DNA of 63,100 nucleotides, counting the filler, from Catajapyx aquilonaris (lineage: Eukaryota): assembly GCA_000934665.2 (NCBI GenBank). It is 3 parts of 3 records of this genome, joined end to end, with 100 filler letters (N's around TTAATTAATTAA, not from the genome) between each part and the next. Parts side by side here need not be neighbours in the genome. Positions count along the whole stretch, not along the records: positions 1 to 20,946 come from JYFJ02006157.1; 2 more parts are not named here. One strand, 5' to 3'. Shown here one piece after another: positions 1-12,569 of this stretch. Each line of letters begins with the position of its first letter. The stretch's first letter is position 1. The notes under the pieces were generated by a model, which saw nothing but the letters and a program-made list of their open reading frames with translations, searched no databases and had not been told where the DNA came from. A program made the position numbers and the translations under genes.

Positions 1-899
1 GCAGGAGCCGGTGTCCGCGTCTTCATCTTCCACGCCGTACACTCTGAATGTCGAGGTTCTGCATGCCTAACTCACGCCGCACCACCGGTTAGAGCGCACA
101 CCCTCTTGAACCACTTGTCCGGACAAGCAGGACGGCTTTTTGGGACGAACACACGAACAACGGCTGGAACAATTGTCCGCTGGAGGGGGCCTAAAGTACC
201 GTGTCCCTGAGACATAAATGTAGCTGCGACTTTGACGTAGCTGCTACTCGAGGATCGCCCCTTCGCCGCAGCAGCAACGGTTGAGATAAAGCAAAAGTGG
301 ACTTGTAGCGGGATAGCCCGAGAGATTGCCGCAGCAGCCATGTCGATAAAAGTCGACTTGTCGTTGGGTAGCCGTCTCGCACGCTCGCATCAACCGTCTC
401 GGAAAAGTCGCTGTTTGGCTGTAGATTATTATGTTGTAGCAGCAGCTACGTTACATGGCCCTAATCCCTGCGCGTCCGATGTGTGGACCCCGTATAGAGG
501 ATGACGTCACAAATATGTCGTTACAGAGGAATGAAGGAGTATTCGTATTTAGAGAGGAAATTGCGTTCCTCTCTAAGAATTTTCCTATCCTCTCTATCGT
601 CCATGTGAGCCATGTATTTCCTCTTTAAATATGCTGGTGTCAGAGAGGAAATGTACTTTTCCTCTCTGTCTCTTATGGAGGAATGAAAATTCCTCTGTAG
701 ACCAACAATTTAGAGAAGAAATGTAGGGTTTTAGAGAGGAAACATTTAAGAGTGTAGGGGGAGACAGCTGTACAGTTTTGAATGCCAGGGTATGGTGCAA
801 GGAGAGAGATACGAGGTGCATGTATAGATTAACACTTGACAGGATAAGCAGAAAAGCGGGGCTAAAACGCTTACAGGGTTCACAAATACAATATAGACA

Positions 900-1650
900 T
901 CGGGTTCAAAGAATTGGGGAAACAAACATGTCGCATGCGAAAGTGAAATAGAATTACGCTACTCGTTTCATCAATACGCACAGAATGTTAATCTTTTGAG
1001 CACATTCGAGGTGAAGTTATTTTTAATGTTAATAATGAGCCTTGATATATAGGAAGTGGCAGAGATCCGTCCAGATAATATGGTATGTACGGGATGTCTT
1101 GCCATGCATCCAAATAGTTCACATATACCGTGTGGTTGTGTTAAGCCTCAGGAAGTCATCCCGGTGACAGTTATCAGTCAGCTTGGCGAGGGATGCAGCC
1201 ATGCGTCAGTTTCCTCGAGGCATTCGAGAGCAATATCTACTTCCGCTAGGTGCACCCTTGCCCTTTCTATCCAGCATTTATACTTCTTGTGCCCCGATAC
1301 TGTTCTTTGGCTGCACATAAATGCCCTATGAAGCAACGAGTCTCTTCCAGCTCTACCCAGTTTAAGGAGAAACCGTATGAGCAATTTAATCAGACGCGGT
1401 CGAATGGGTTTTAAGTTAAGTTCAAGTCTCAAAAAATATCGGCAGTGCGAAGAACTTCTTTATATATAAAAAGTTCTTCGCACCAAGAGTCCATCCTTCT
1501 CGGCTGCCCACAGCAAAGCTTTGATTCCAATCCAACTGAAGCCTGGAGTTACGTAAACAACAGGTGTGCCAATCTCTGGAACAATTTTTGCATTTACAGG
1601 TGTCAAGGCAACCGTGGCATAAACCAAATTGAATTTTCTGGCACTTTAAT
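900..1650 (-). pseudogene. Decayed non-LTR retrotransposon (LINE) ORF2 C-terminal fragment
   Basis: Broken minus-strand frames read ...KKFFALP...RLELNLKPIRPRLIKLLIRFLLKL...LLHRAF, resembling the post-RT region of L2/CR1-group LINEs. Boundaries approximate. Confidence 0.4.
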
Positions 1651-2082
1651 TAGGCGTATTCGGCAATGGGGCTGGCCAGCGCACTAACCGCATGGTGGCG
1701 TTAGTGGGCAATTGTGTGTAGCATTCTATCGATCATGAACTATTACATGTAAAAGCATGGAGCTACGAGGTTTTTGTTTGATTTTTTATTGGACTCGGGT
1801 GTGAGTGTGGGTCACACTTTATAGTGGTGATAGAGGCGGGATAGTTTGTGTGTGGAAGTGCGAAGGCGGCGGTCGAGGTCAGAGTCCCGCAAAAGCTCCA
1901 AAAAAATAAGGAAGAAACCATACAAACCATTCAAAAAAGCCTTGCCGCCTGGGGCGTATCCAACACCCACTAGTGACGTCACGGCGAAAGATGCGTTGCG
2001 CATTCGGGCGCGCCCTCTGTATCAAGGTAGGGATAGTCAATACACGGAGTAGGACTCCGTGGTCAATACGCTGACACGAGCG

Positions 2083-3576
2083 ATGCCCCACACGTGCGCG
2101 GTGCCAGGATGCACCAAGACAACCACCGGGCATTCCTTTCCGAAATGTCCGGTATTAAACCAGAAGTGGAGGGTGGCCATTCGGAGGAAGGACCCGAACT
2201 CGGTCGGGCTGTGGTGCCCAAAAAAACATCATGTTGTGTGCCACCTACATTTCACTGCTGATGATTTCCAACAAAATGAATTTGGCCCAGGTATGTAGAA
2301 AACCTTTCTCTCTGACTCGTTTGGCATGTCACACACACTCAGCAGTCAGCACCAACTTGCAGTCGCATGTATTTGGAAACTAATAACAATGTCATTAGCT
2401 AGGATGAAGAGGCTCAAGAAAGGTGCTATCCCGTCTGTGTTCCACTTTCGACCGGAGCCAGGGGTCACAGGCCGGGACATTAGGAGTTCCGAAAGGGAAA
2501 AGAAGAAGGAGGATGAGCGAAACTTTGCTATTCCAGAAGAGATAGGAGCAGAGGTGGATGCTGTGGCAGAGCTTGGAGAACAATGGGAATCTGCAGAAGC
2601 CGCTGAATACATTATGCCAAAGGTCTCCAACGCTGCAGTTCAGTGCACCATGGAAGCCAGTAGTGGGACCTATGTGAAGATGAAGATGACCTTCAGTCAA
2701 ATTGAAGATGACGCTGACCTAGTCAACTATTATACCGGATTTAAGAACAGGGATCTTTTTATGTTGTTCTTTAATATTTTGGGCCCAAGTGTACATGAGC
2801 TCAACTTCCAATGTAAATTGTTAGAACCAGTGGACCAATTGCTTTTAACATTAGTGAAGTTGCGGCAAGGTAGAGAAGACATAGATCTTGGGTTTTTGTT
2901 TGGACTGTCGAGAAGCACAGCATCCATGGTGTTTCATACCTGGCTGAATTTTCTCTACTATCATCTGAAAGAATTAAATTTCTGGCCGGACAGGGACACA
3001 GTGCATGACACAATGCCGATGAAGTTTCGGGCGGCATTCCCAACCACAAGGGTCATCATTGACACGACTGAAACCCCGATACAGAAACCATCAAATGTCA
3101 TTGCCCAAAGTGCTACATTTTCTACGTACAAAAACAGAAACACACTGAAAACACTAATTGGTTGTTCCCCTAGAGGATTGGTCACATTCATTAGTGACTC
3201 GTACGGTGGAAGTACTAGTGACAGACAAATAATAGAAAGATCTGAACTGGTACAATCTGATTTATTGCAGGCAGGTGATGTCATGTTGGCTGACAGAGGG
3301 TTTGTGATCCAAGACTTGTTTTCTCACAGAGATGTCCAAGTGAATACACCCACATTCTTGAGGGGCAAATCCCAGCTAGAACCCAAGCAGCTCATACATG
3401 ACCGAAGGATTGCGGCCAAACGCATCCATGTGGAAAGAGTGATTGGACTGGGAAAGACTTACAAAATGCTCACAAGGGAGCTGCCCCATCAGAAGATGCA
3501 CCTGGCAAGCAGAATTGTGTCTGTGTGTTTTATGATGTCAAATTTCAGGCCATCTATTGTCAATAGGCTGTGTTAA
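2083..3576 (+). CDS. THAP-domain DDE_Tnp_4 (Harbinger/ISL2EU) transposase, 2 exons (2083-2290, 2399-3576), ~461 aa
   Basis: THAP C2CH motif CAVPGC...W...VCHLHF, completed by LKKGAIPSVF after an in-phase GT-AG intron; HTH region DQLLLTLVKLRQ; catalytic motifs IIDTTE, LADRGF, RIHVERVIG. Confidence 0.92.
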
Positions 3577-3669
3577 CCATTAGCTGCCCAGCCAAAAAAT
3601 ACTTGATTACTTGTCAAAAGTTCAGCTGTGAGTAGGGTAGCTAATGGTTAACACAACCTGTTGACAATA
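3555..3669 (+). other. 35-bp inverted repeat (hairpin) spanning the transposase stop codon
   Basis: 3555-3589 matches the reverse complement of 3635-3669 with 3 differences. Confidence 0.8.
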
Positions 3670-4288
3670 AAACTATTTTGTCCAACAGTGTTCATCCTGC
3701 ATGGCCAGTCACACAATACTTGAATAAAAACTTCACAAGTTGTACAGTCAATTTTCATTCAATAGGCCATTTGGATATTAATGCACATGACTATGAATCT
3801 TATGGATATGTTTTCAATGCACTGTACTGACCATATGGATATACACAGTTTCAGACCAATGTTTCTGGTATGTGGATTCTCGCTATTTCATCAGAGCGTC
3901 AATGGACATAGGGGTACCAAGAATTCAGTGCTGCAACATTTTGGAAGCCACATACATTTTCTCTGTCAATAAACAGCATTTAGATGACTTGTTCATTCAT
4001 TCACTGTAAACCCTACACATTTCCTGTCACGATAGCAACGGAGGGAAAAAATAACATAACTACAAGTAGGTCAGTGGGACAAAGATTACTACTTTAAATT
4101 CACGAAGTGACCCTTAGCATTTCAGAAGAATGATGATGAATAATCTTAATACTATACATTTTCCACAAGTAACAAATCAAGAAATAGGCAGACAGTGATA
4201 TCAGTGCACAACAAGAAAAAAAGGATCATAAAAATTTAAAAACTTGTCAGTTGAGCACTCCAGGAAGTAAAACAAGAATAAATAATAA

Positions 4289-6901
4289 TCATAATGTGGC
4301 AGCAATGAATGGCCTATAATACTTCTCGTAGAAAAGACTCAGCTTGGGAAGCATTGATCCCATAAAATACTGCTCATCGAATTGCACATACTCAGTATAC
4401 AAATCTTCAAAGGTGTACACAACAAAAATGCACACATTCCTCTTTGTCACATACAGTTGCCCTTGTATTTGAAAATAGTGGCTGGAATTCCTGCTTAGAG
4501 CCACTGTGCCGTCTATTGTCGTCAAGAAAGGAAAATTACGACCTGGAGTTATCAAATCATTCCGCCCATTGAATGGGCACTTCACCTCCACTGTCATGGT
4601 GGTACCGACAAGTCCGTCTGGCGAGCCACCAAGAAACGGGTGGAGCTCGTCAACAAAAAACCCCGCCTTCTCAACTTTCACCTGTAGTTCTTCCTCCACT
4701 TTCCTGATTGCCACTGGCTCGAATTTCTTTCCGTGCAATGTGGCACTTGTCACAAAATGTCTTGGCTGGAAAATTGTAGCGCAAAGCTTTGTCATGTTGC
4801 GCCGGTCTGTTGCTTTGCAAATGCTGCCGAAATGTGATGCCGTCAGCCTCCAGGAGCGCTCATCATTCCAGCGTGCGCATGCTGCCTGTGCCTTTGTAGC
4901 CCTCTCAATGTGGTTTACTTGTTCACTTGTCACCTGCAGATTGTGAGATAGCACAGTATGATGATACAGACCAGATCACAATTCATTTATCTTACCTGCA
5001 ATGCATTGTCGACCCAATGCTCCGTAAAGGGAAGCTTTCCGTAATCATGCTCCCTGGCAGCAACCTGCACCTTAGCCCGGGAGTATGCAAACCGCATAGT
5101 CAAATCTTCATTTTTTTCTTTACAAAAATTTAACACCATATTTCGGACCCGATCCTGTAACCCGGGATCATTCCTTCGATGAAGTGGCCGAGGATCATCT
5201 GAGCTTCTGAGTCTAAGGGTACGGCCAAAATCTTTGACCGGGGAGGTGTGTGAAAGCCTCTTCGGTTGGTGGAATGTTTGTAGCCTGTTAGTGCAGCTTT
5301 TTGCAACCAGCAATTCCCCAGTCTCCTTAAAGTGCTGCAGCATGAGTAGCACAGCTGCAACATGTTTGCATGTTGCATGCGGGCCTTTTCCCGCTACACA
5401 CTCACACTGGGTGTTTACAACATCACCATGCTGATCCAGCTTCACATGGAAGTAGTACTTCACCTGTACGGAATAAGCAAAGTAATTTTTAACAATACCA
5501 GTAATAACGTGCATTTACGATAGTGTAAGAGGGAGATAACGAATGTATTGGCTACAAGCATGTAATGAAATTTTCATAGGCACAAAATGCATACTCTAAC
5601 TTTTCAGAAACAAGTTCAGGTTAAAGAGAAATGGAACCAATATACAGGGTTACTTTCAAAAATAAACCTGGATTCTCAAGTCTAATGTGTACAGTTTCGC
5701 TTTGCATTTTGTCTAAGAATATTACATGTAGGCCTACATGTAATGTAACTCACGTGTTTCTTCATTGCCGCCTTGGTCATTCCTGTGAAAAAGTAATCAC
5801 TGCCCTGAATGACACGGCTGCAGGCCACTATATTTTGGCTTTGTAGGAGGAGGCGACCTTTTACAATGGCCTTCATGTCTAGGTTAGGGTGAAAATCCAC
5901 CGCTTGCCGATGGAGTATGTAATACTCGATCTAATTTTTGAGAAATGCAGAATGAGACAACAATACGGAAATGTACTTAAATGACAACATCATGTATTTG
6001 AAATCACACTAGAAGGTGTATTGGAAAATATTACTTCATGCGCAAGAATCAAAAAAGTTAGGTTACAACCAGCTACAGTTTGAAATTGGGATTTGACGCT
6101 ATAGCATGGAGTGGAAAAAATTGTAATACGGTATGGTAAATAACATTCCCCACTTCTCCTGAGCAACCCACAAAATTCATGCTCACCTGTGACGTTTCTA
6201 TGCGGGGTAAACCATCCCTGTGAATGTCAAGCAGCTCCCGGTATCCATCTCTAGGCCATTCCACAGGGATTTCTTCAGGCAGGATTATATCTACGTTGCC
6301 ACTGAAGTTATCATTACGGTCATAACTTTCCAGCCTGGAAGTGTTGGAAGAATGGTGCATATTATTATATCATTTCAGGTCAACAGTTCCGGTCAAAATA
6401 TGCCAGGGGTCGAATCTTGAATTTTTATTCCAGATGAAAGGTTTGCACTCCAGACTTAATCTGGACTGTAAATTACTTAATTGGAGTGCTTCATTTTTAA
6501 ATATAGGGCTTAGTCACATTAAAAAATAGAGCCAACTTGAGTGCAAAGTTGCACTCCAAGGCTCACGTCAGTTTGGACAGCAGATATAACAATGGGTGGA
6601 ATTCTCGTCCCACTGCTAGTTACTGCTAACTTAGCGGTACCAGTATTGGCCTGGTACTGGTAAGTTAATAGTAACTAGCAGTGGGACGAAAATTCCACCC
6701 AATATATTTTGCAGTGCAAATGTCACTTTTGCATGCAAATATTTCGACCCCTGTTAGGTAGTACAAAGTTTTATTACCTCTGAACCAACTCCGCTTTCGT
6801 CCGGTTCTCGCACCACGCAGTGACAGGTCTTGCCGAAGTTGACGTACACTTTTTGTGCTGTAATCAGCAGTAGGCCTACCAAACTCATTTTGCTGGGACA
6901 T
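4289..6901 (-). CDS. SAP-like + SWIM zinc finger + YqaJ/lambda-exonuclease protein, 5 exons (6901-6778, 6334-6187, 5930-5754, 5463-4996, 4933-4289); 1-nt frameshift in exon 1
   Basis: SAP-like SVRQLRQDLSLRG..G(RKAELVQR)LE; SWIM CECVAG...CKHVAAVL; YqaJ motifs RLTASHF, GGSPDGL, VEVKCP, YFQIQGQL. All GT-AG introns are in phase except for the exon 1 shift. Confidence 0.85.
6594..6700. mobile_element. Small palindromic MITE in intron 1 of the YqaJ gene
   Basis: GGGTGGAATT...AATTCCACCC fold-back arms; AAT on both flanks. Confidence 0.65.
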
Positions 6902-7608
6902 AACTGCTCAAGTTATGCCCAGCGAGGGGAATGCGTGCAAGACGAGGTATGTGGGGGTGCGTGAGAGAAGGTAAATAGGTAGGTAAGAAGGCAAGGTAAA
7001 GGAAGGAGAGTAGGTGAAGGCAAGAAGCAAGGAGTGCAAGAAGCATGGGATCCACGTCTCACGATACCCATGCACGATACCCGCACGATACTATCTGGCT
7101 AATCTGGCTCTAAAGTGAAGCCAAATCACTTGGTCGAAGGCAATAGCGGCTACTTAGAAGTCTTGCCTACATTGCAAGGGTATTGCGGTTTCCCATAACA
7201 TTTGGGAAGATTACGGTGCGATGTTGCTGTTAACCCGTGATTCCGTCATGAATTTCATCTGTAAGGCTAATTATTCCTGGAACATGTCAGTATAACGTTA
7301 TACAGTAGCCGTTATTGGTCGCGGTCAGAGTCGCGCTCACGAATAGCTCTACGAGCCCTCCCTAAAATAGCAAATAACGCACAATTGCCCACTAGCGCCA
7401 ACTGGTGGCGTAGTTTGCGCCTGGCCAGCCCCATTCAGGAATCTGACTTCCTGGGGTGTTTGGATGTTCGGCAAATCAGGTGCCACGCCCCCTGAAGTAA
7501 GTGCGCATGCGCCCTACCTGACTTCCCAATCTCAGGAACTTAGTGTACTCCTGACCTGACTTACTTGCTGAGAAACAATTAACAAACAAATTATTATTAT
7601 GGATGCAG

Positions 7609-7754
7609 CAGTGTTGCCAATGCAAAATGACCAAAAACCCCGCGAGAGGACCTGAAAATACCCGATTTTACCCGCATTTTCATTTTACCCGCACCATTAC
7701 CCGCAAGCGTCCGAAATACGGAACCGAAATACCCGAACATTTGGCATATCACTG
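7609..7754. mobile_element. hAT-type MITE (146 bp)
   Basis: Termini CAGTGTTGCCAA / TTGGCATATCACTG; 8-bp TSD GGATGCAG at 7601-7608 and 7755-7762. Confidence 0.8.
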
Positions 7755-9839
7755 GGATGCAGCACAGGCGGGTAGGGGGGTCTCTCAGTTCGGCCGTTCG
7801 GCAATAATCTTCTGAGGGGCAGGGCTAACAACTCAGATATCACGTGACGCATCTCAGAAAAATCTGAATTGCCGAATACGCCTGTTATCTTCAAAATATG
7901 AGACTGTCATATGTCTCGGTGAGTTACGGAAAGTAAACTTGCGGCTGCCATGTAAAGCTACCAATAATAATAATCGGTTAAAATTTTTAAATAGTTTCAA
8001 AAATGTACTGTGTACATTATTACCGTGCAGTATAGTCCTGCATAGTTATAATTTAATAATTAATCCATTTCATTGAAGGTTTTGTTTGCAATTAATGGAT
8101 ATTTATAATTAAACTTGTTGCTTACAGAGTGGCTGTGAACTTAATGAATTATAATACTGGCCGATAATTACAGTACCGTCAAGCGGGGTTACTTAAGCCA
8201 CTTTTCAATTTCAGACATCTGCCAATTCAAGAGCATTGACTTTAGAGATTAGCTAATTGTTGTAAAACATGGGTCTACAGTTACGGTCGACGCATGCATG
8301 GATGAAAGTTTCCTACAACATGTATGATAGCAACAAAAAAAAAAAGAGGGAGCGGCTTAAGTTANCCCCCCCCCCCCCCCGATATGCCAGCAGGAAGAAT
8401 TCAGTGTTTCGCTTATGTTAGACGATGACACGTTAACAAAATCCGTTCACAGGGCGAAAATAAACATTTGCATATTGCTCCAGATTATTCAAAATTTCAG
8501 TTCATATAAGGGAAAGTATGGCAGCCTCTCTTTATGCTCACCGGCTGTACAGAAGAAACAATTTCCGATATGTGAACATTGTCGCGCTTCACACCTTAAG
8601 GCGACGGGGGATCAGGGGGTCATACTGAAAGCACGACACTTCAAGGCTCTCTGCTACCTTCTTTAATGGACACGTTTGGGTAGAATACATACAGAATACC
8701 AGGGCAGTCTTCACGGCCGGGGAGCATCCGCCCGTGCAGGGGAGCCGGCGGCGGGCAGTACAAACTACAACTGGCCTGCGACACCACCCCACGCATCAAA
8801 TCTGTGACTAGGAGGAACAATTCCCAAACTTAGAGCACCAGCACCCATAACATGGTGCTCAGAACAAATCCACCAGATGTGCTCTTACAAAATGCAAACC
8901 AAACAGAAACTCACTTCACCACACACACAAAAAATTAAAAATGGCACATCCACAGACAAAAAAATGCTCCGTCTTGTCCAAAAAGCTTTTTTACATGATT
9001 GCCTGGATCACGCAATCACTGAAATCACTAGGGGGGGGGGGGGGGTTCCTTGAAACAAGGAGCGGCCCAGGCCATAGGTAACTTACGAGTAAAATCTTCA
9101 CCATGACCAGATCTAATCTCAAACAGACTAATCAAAGAATGTAAAACCAGTTTATGGGATACATTATTCAAAATATATTGCTGATATATTGTTTTATCAC
9201 GCAGAAAATACCTCTTAAATTGAGCCAAGCGAGGGTGTCACCCGTTTCAGGGTGAGCATAAATGAGAGCGAAAAGGGTCCATTTCAAGTCCTCTTTTATT
9301 TCGAGTGTAACATTAAAGGCGGATGCTTAGGTAAAGGAAATTTGTCAGGATAATATAGGTAAGGTAGTTAGATCAGTACATTGACGACATGATCAAAGGG
9401 TTGGATAGGTGATCCCATTTGCAGGGATTGGACTCCACCTTTCCACGACACTATTTGCAGGATATTCTCCTGGACGTGTCGGACCAGTCCTCTGGGGCGA
9501 ACCCTACGAGAAAAGGCCTCGAGTGAAAGTGGTAGGTGGCTTATATACACACAGTCGCAATGCATGGTTGGTCTGATAGTCTGTTCCCCTTAGGTGGGCG
9601 ATTTCGACATATTCTTGGGCACAGCCCAGCACTACATTACTTGGCCCACATACCTCAGTAATATGAAATATTTTGGTCACAAGGGTAATACCAATCTATA
9701 AAAATGGAGCCAGGGCTCGCCCTGAAAATTAACGACATATCGCCATTTTCAATAATACATTTAAATTATTTACGTCAATATTAACAAGAAGAGTAGGTTG
9801 GTAAGATACTTCAAAGACAATAATCGTAAGATTAACAGC

Positions 9840-10093
9840 TCGAATAGCAATGTTATTTTCTGCAAGGAATGGACAATGTCTGACTTCAGCTTCTTTCACT
9901 TGATTTTTAGTGTCACAGTAGCTTCATTCGGTTTCATGCATTCTGCCAAAGTTCTTTGTTTTGAACCATATCCCAAAGATCTTTTCTTGTTGATGTGCTT
10001 TGCACCTTCGGCATGCCTCTTTAGTACTGAAATTTCAGCACCAAATATAGCGTCACAAAACTTGCACTTATAGCTTGTGTCACCGTTAGCCAC
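9840..10093 (-). pseudogene. BED/C2H2-like zinc finger fragment from a transposase N-terminus
   Basis: YKCKFCDAIF...LKRHAEGAKH...QRTL motif; no catalytic domain follows. Confidence 0.55.
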
Positions 10094-10162
10094 GTAATGG
10101 TTTTGGTCAAGGTCCTCAAAGATTTGTCGGAAAGTGTCCCGCTTGACGTGGAATGCCTCATG

Positions 10163-10226
<64 letters not shown>

Positions 10227-10239
10227 TAACCTCACATAT

Positions 10240-10790
10240 ATACACTGTTTGTAATTCCTCCTTATTTTTTTTTCCTCTGCCCTTCCTGGGCTTTTTCTTT
10301 TTCAAGATGGCAAGCAGATCGTGCAGCTTCGATGATGTCATATACACACCAGAAAAAGATTCCCCTTGCACTGTTACACTTTGAATAAATCCCAAAGTCT
10401 GTCCATATTCTGCGGGGTATGTCACATTCCTTAATGTAATACACGCACAAGCACAGACACAGTGCCTTCTCGATGGTGATGCAGGTGGATGGCAGCATTA
10501 TTTTTCCATCTGAAGACCAGACTGCCTTTTCTGTTGTCCGCCAGTACACTATTGGACCCGGACATGTTAATAATTGTTTTAATAATGTTGGTCTTGTGCT
10601 CCTGGACAAGTGGGTGGGTCTGGGCTCTTTTCCCATCCATGACATCACACAGTACACCTGTGACGGTGTCTGCGTTGGGCTATCTTTGAAATACTTCAGC
10701 AATTCTGGTGCCTTCAGCATATTCAACAACATGGACCTGAGCCTGATGATATGCACCACTTGTCCATTTTTCAGGGTTACTGCCACTGGT
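10240..10790 (-). pseudogene. Frameshifted TE accessory-ORF fragment (possibly CACTA/EnSpm-like)
   Basis: Joined across a frameshift: EKALCLCLCVYYIKE/MTYPAEYGQTLGFIQ, resembling a YY..N..YP....T..FIQ motif recalled from animal DNA-transposon accessory proteins. Confidence 0.35.
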
Positions 10791-11006
10791 GGAACATAGA
10801 CCCCCTTTTCCTCATAAAATAACTTGCGCCTTTTGTCATTTTCAAATTTGGTGATGTCAATTTATTTCTCCACCCGTGCTTTCAATCAAATCTTTCACAC
10901 TCCTGACTGTTGCAGTCGTAGAATATGCTGAGCTGAAGGTACCGGAGGTTGCGGAAACTGCTCACTGACCCTAGGATGCCATCCTCTGTAATCTGGGAGC
11001 TTCCTG

Positions 11007-11399
11007 CTAGACGGAAGTGTGTCTATCTTCCAAGCCTCGGCACAGGTTTGATAAGTTAATATCATCAGTATCTGCACTAGAAATGTCACTGTTCAGTGCC
11101 TCATTGGTCACAGAATTTTGTGCATCATCGGGATTGCATGGTAACTGGGATGGAGCAAGATCTTCATCGTCACATTCCACTGTGTTTTGGTGCAGCAAGT
11201 AATGACTTCTGTAATGCAACTTGTGCCAAAACGAAGATTTACAAATTCTGCAAACATACGTTGGTTTATGAGAATGGAGTAGTTTAAAATGGCCCATGAA
11301 GTGACTGCACTTGGTTGTACTGTAACGACACTCTGTGCACGTATGATGGTCAATACTAACTGAACCCATTCCTGATGAGGTTGATGGTCCAGTTATCAC
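11007..11399 (-). pseudogene. Tandem C2H2 zinc-finger fragment (TE-derived or captured)
   Basis: CTEC...HFKLLH and CRIC...HYLLH. Confidence 0.55.
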
Positions 11400-12379
11400 T
11401 TCAGCCTCTGGTGCCTGTGTCTCTGCTCCAGCTAGGACTTCAGTCTCTTCACTGAGGCTCTCAGGTAACCCTTCGTGAAGGGATCTTTGTGGGCTCCTTT
11501 CCCTTGTGGCATCAGCTTGTTCAGGGAGAGAAGCAGGATAATAAATTAATCACTTACATTGCAATTGGCAGCAATGCAATGGAAAGGATAATTGCCCAAT
11601 AATTATTACCAGCAAGTGTGTCCAGCCTATGATGCTGTGTAGGGGGATGGCCACAATAGCCACTCCAACCACGTCCTGACTTCGCATCCTTGGCTTGCCC
11701 GGAATCTTGCTTCAATTCAAACCCCCCTTTTATCTCTGTCCATGTGTTAAGAATAGAGTCACAACTGGTAACAACAATGGGGCGTGCAGAAGGTGCAACA
11801 CAGAAAGGAGAACACAGCGGGAAGCCTGCAAAAAGCATACCAGGCTTGGAAGCATGGTCGGGTTCAGAACAGGAAACAGCTTTTCAACTTCTACGTGACT
11901 CACGTCTCACGTACCCTGTTTTGAGATGCCCTGATTATTCTAAGCCGTTTATATATTCCTCCGATTCCTCTGGTTTTGCAATGGGGAACTAGCCTTGGTC
12001 TGGGATTTGGGATATTTGTTGATAACTAGCTAGCCCATGCCTGTAAACATACATTCCATCACTCTGTTGCATCAAAATGACATTACAGGATAAATTACGG
12101 CACATTTAAAAGTGCCTTCAAAATTGGCGGGAAAAACGCCGCTGCCAATCGAAAGGGTACACTGAAATGCCTGGTTGACTGCGAGATATGAGGAATTTGA
12201 CTTTGAATTAACCGCGGACACGACGGAAAGCATTCGCAAGGCGGCTGTAGGCCATCGAGGTGGAGAAGGGGGGCCTTCATGTGCCGAATTCGGGTGACAG
12301 ATGATTCCTGCCAGTTGGCACCACTGCCAGCCCATCAGCTGAATGAGCGGGGTGAAGTAAAAACGCGCCCCGGGGCCCG

Positions 12380-12435
12380 GCCGCCATCTTGCTTGATATA
12401 TCGATGCAAAAATTATCGATATATCTGATATCGGG
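12380..12435 (+). promoter_or_regulatory. Candidate promoter of the YqaJ gene (YY1-like CCGCCATCTT and DRE TATCGATA)
   Basis: Motifs lie ~150 bp upstream of ATG 12570; function not shown. Confidence 0.4.
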
Positions 12436-12569
12436 TGTCCATACTTCCACCTGTTGTTGCCGGACGTGCATCTGTTCCTCCCGACTTTGTCAGTACCGTA
12501 CCGTCCGTACGTTGTGTCCCCTCCGCCATACCCGGCTGCCGTTCGTCTCGTCTCGTACCGCACCTCGCA

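Larger units (their letters stand above)
1668..7432 (+). mobile_element. ISL2EU-type DNA transposon, element 1 (5765 bp)
   Basis: Imperfect ~50-bp TIRs (GGGGCTGGCCAG...TAGTGGGCAATTGTG); AT duplicated at 1666-1667 and 7433-7434; convergent THAP-DDE transposase and SWIM-YqaJ genes. Confidence 0.92.
1652..7883. mobile_element. MITE (~470 bp when empty) split by ISL2EU element 1
   Basis: Removing 1668-7432 and one AT rebuilds AGGCGTATTCGGCAATTCAG, the reverse complement of CTGAATTGCCGAATACGCCT at 7864-7883. No clean TSD seen. Confidence 0.7.

Noticed and set aside
10163..10226. Poly-Asn/Leu/Ile ORFs (also ~17555-17625 and ~57355-57432)
   Set aside because: Translations of (AAT)n microsatellites.
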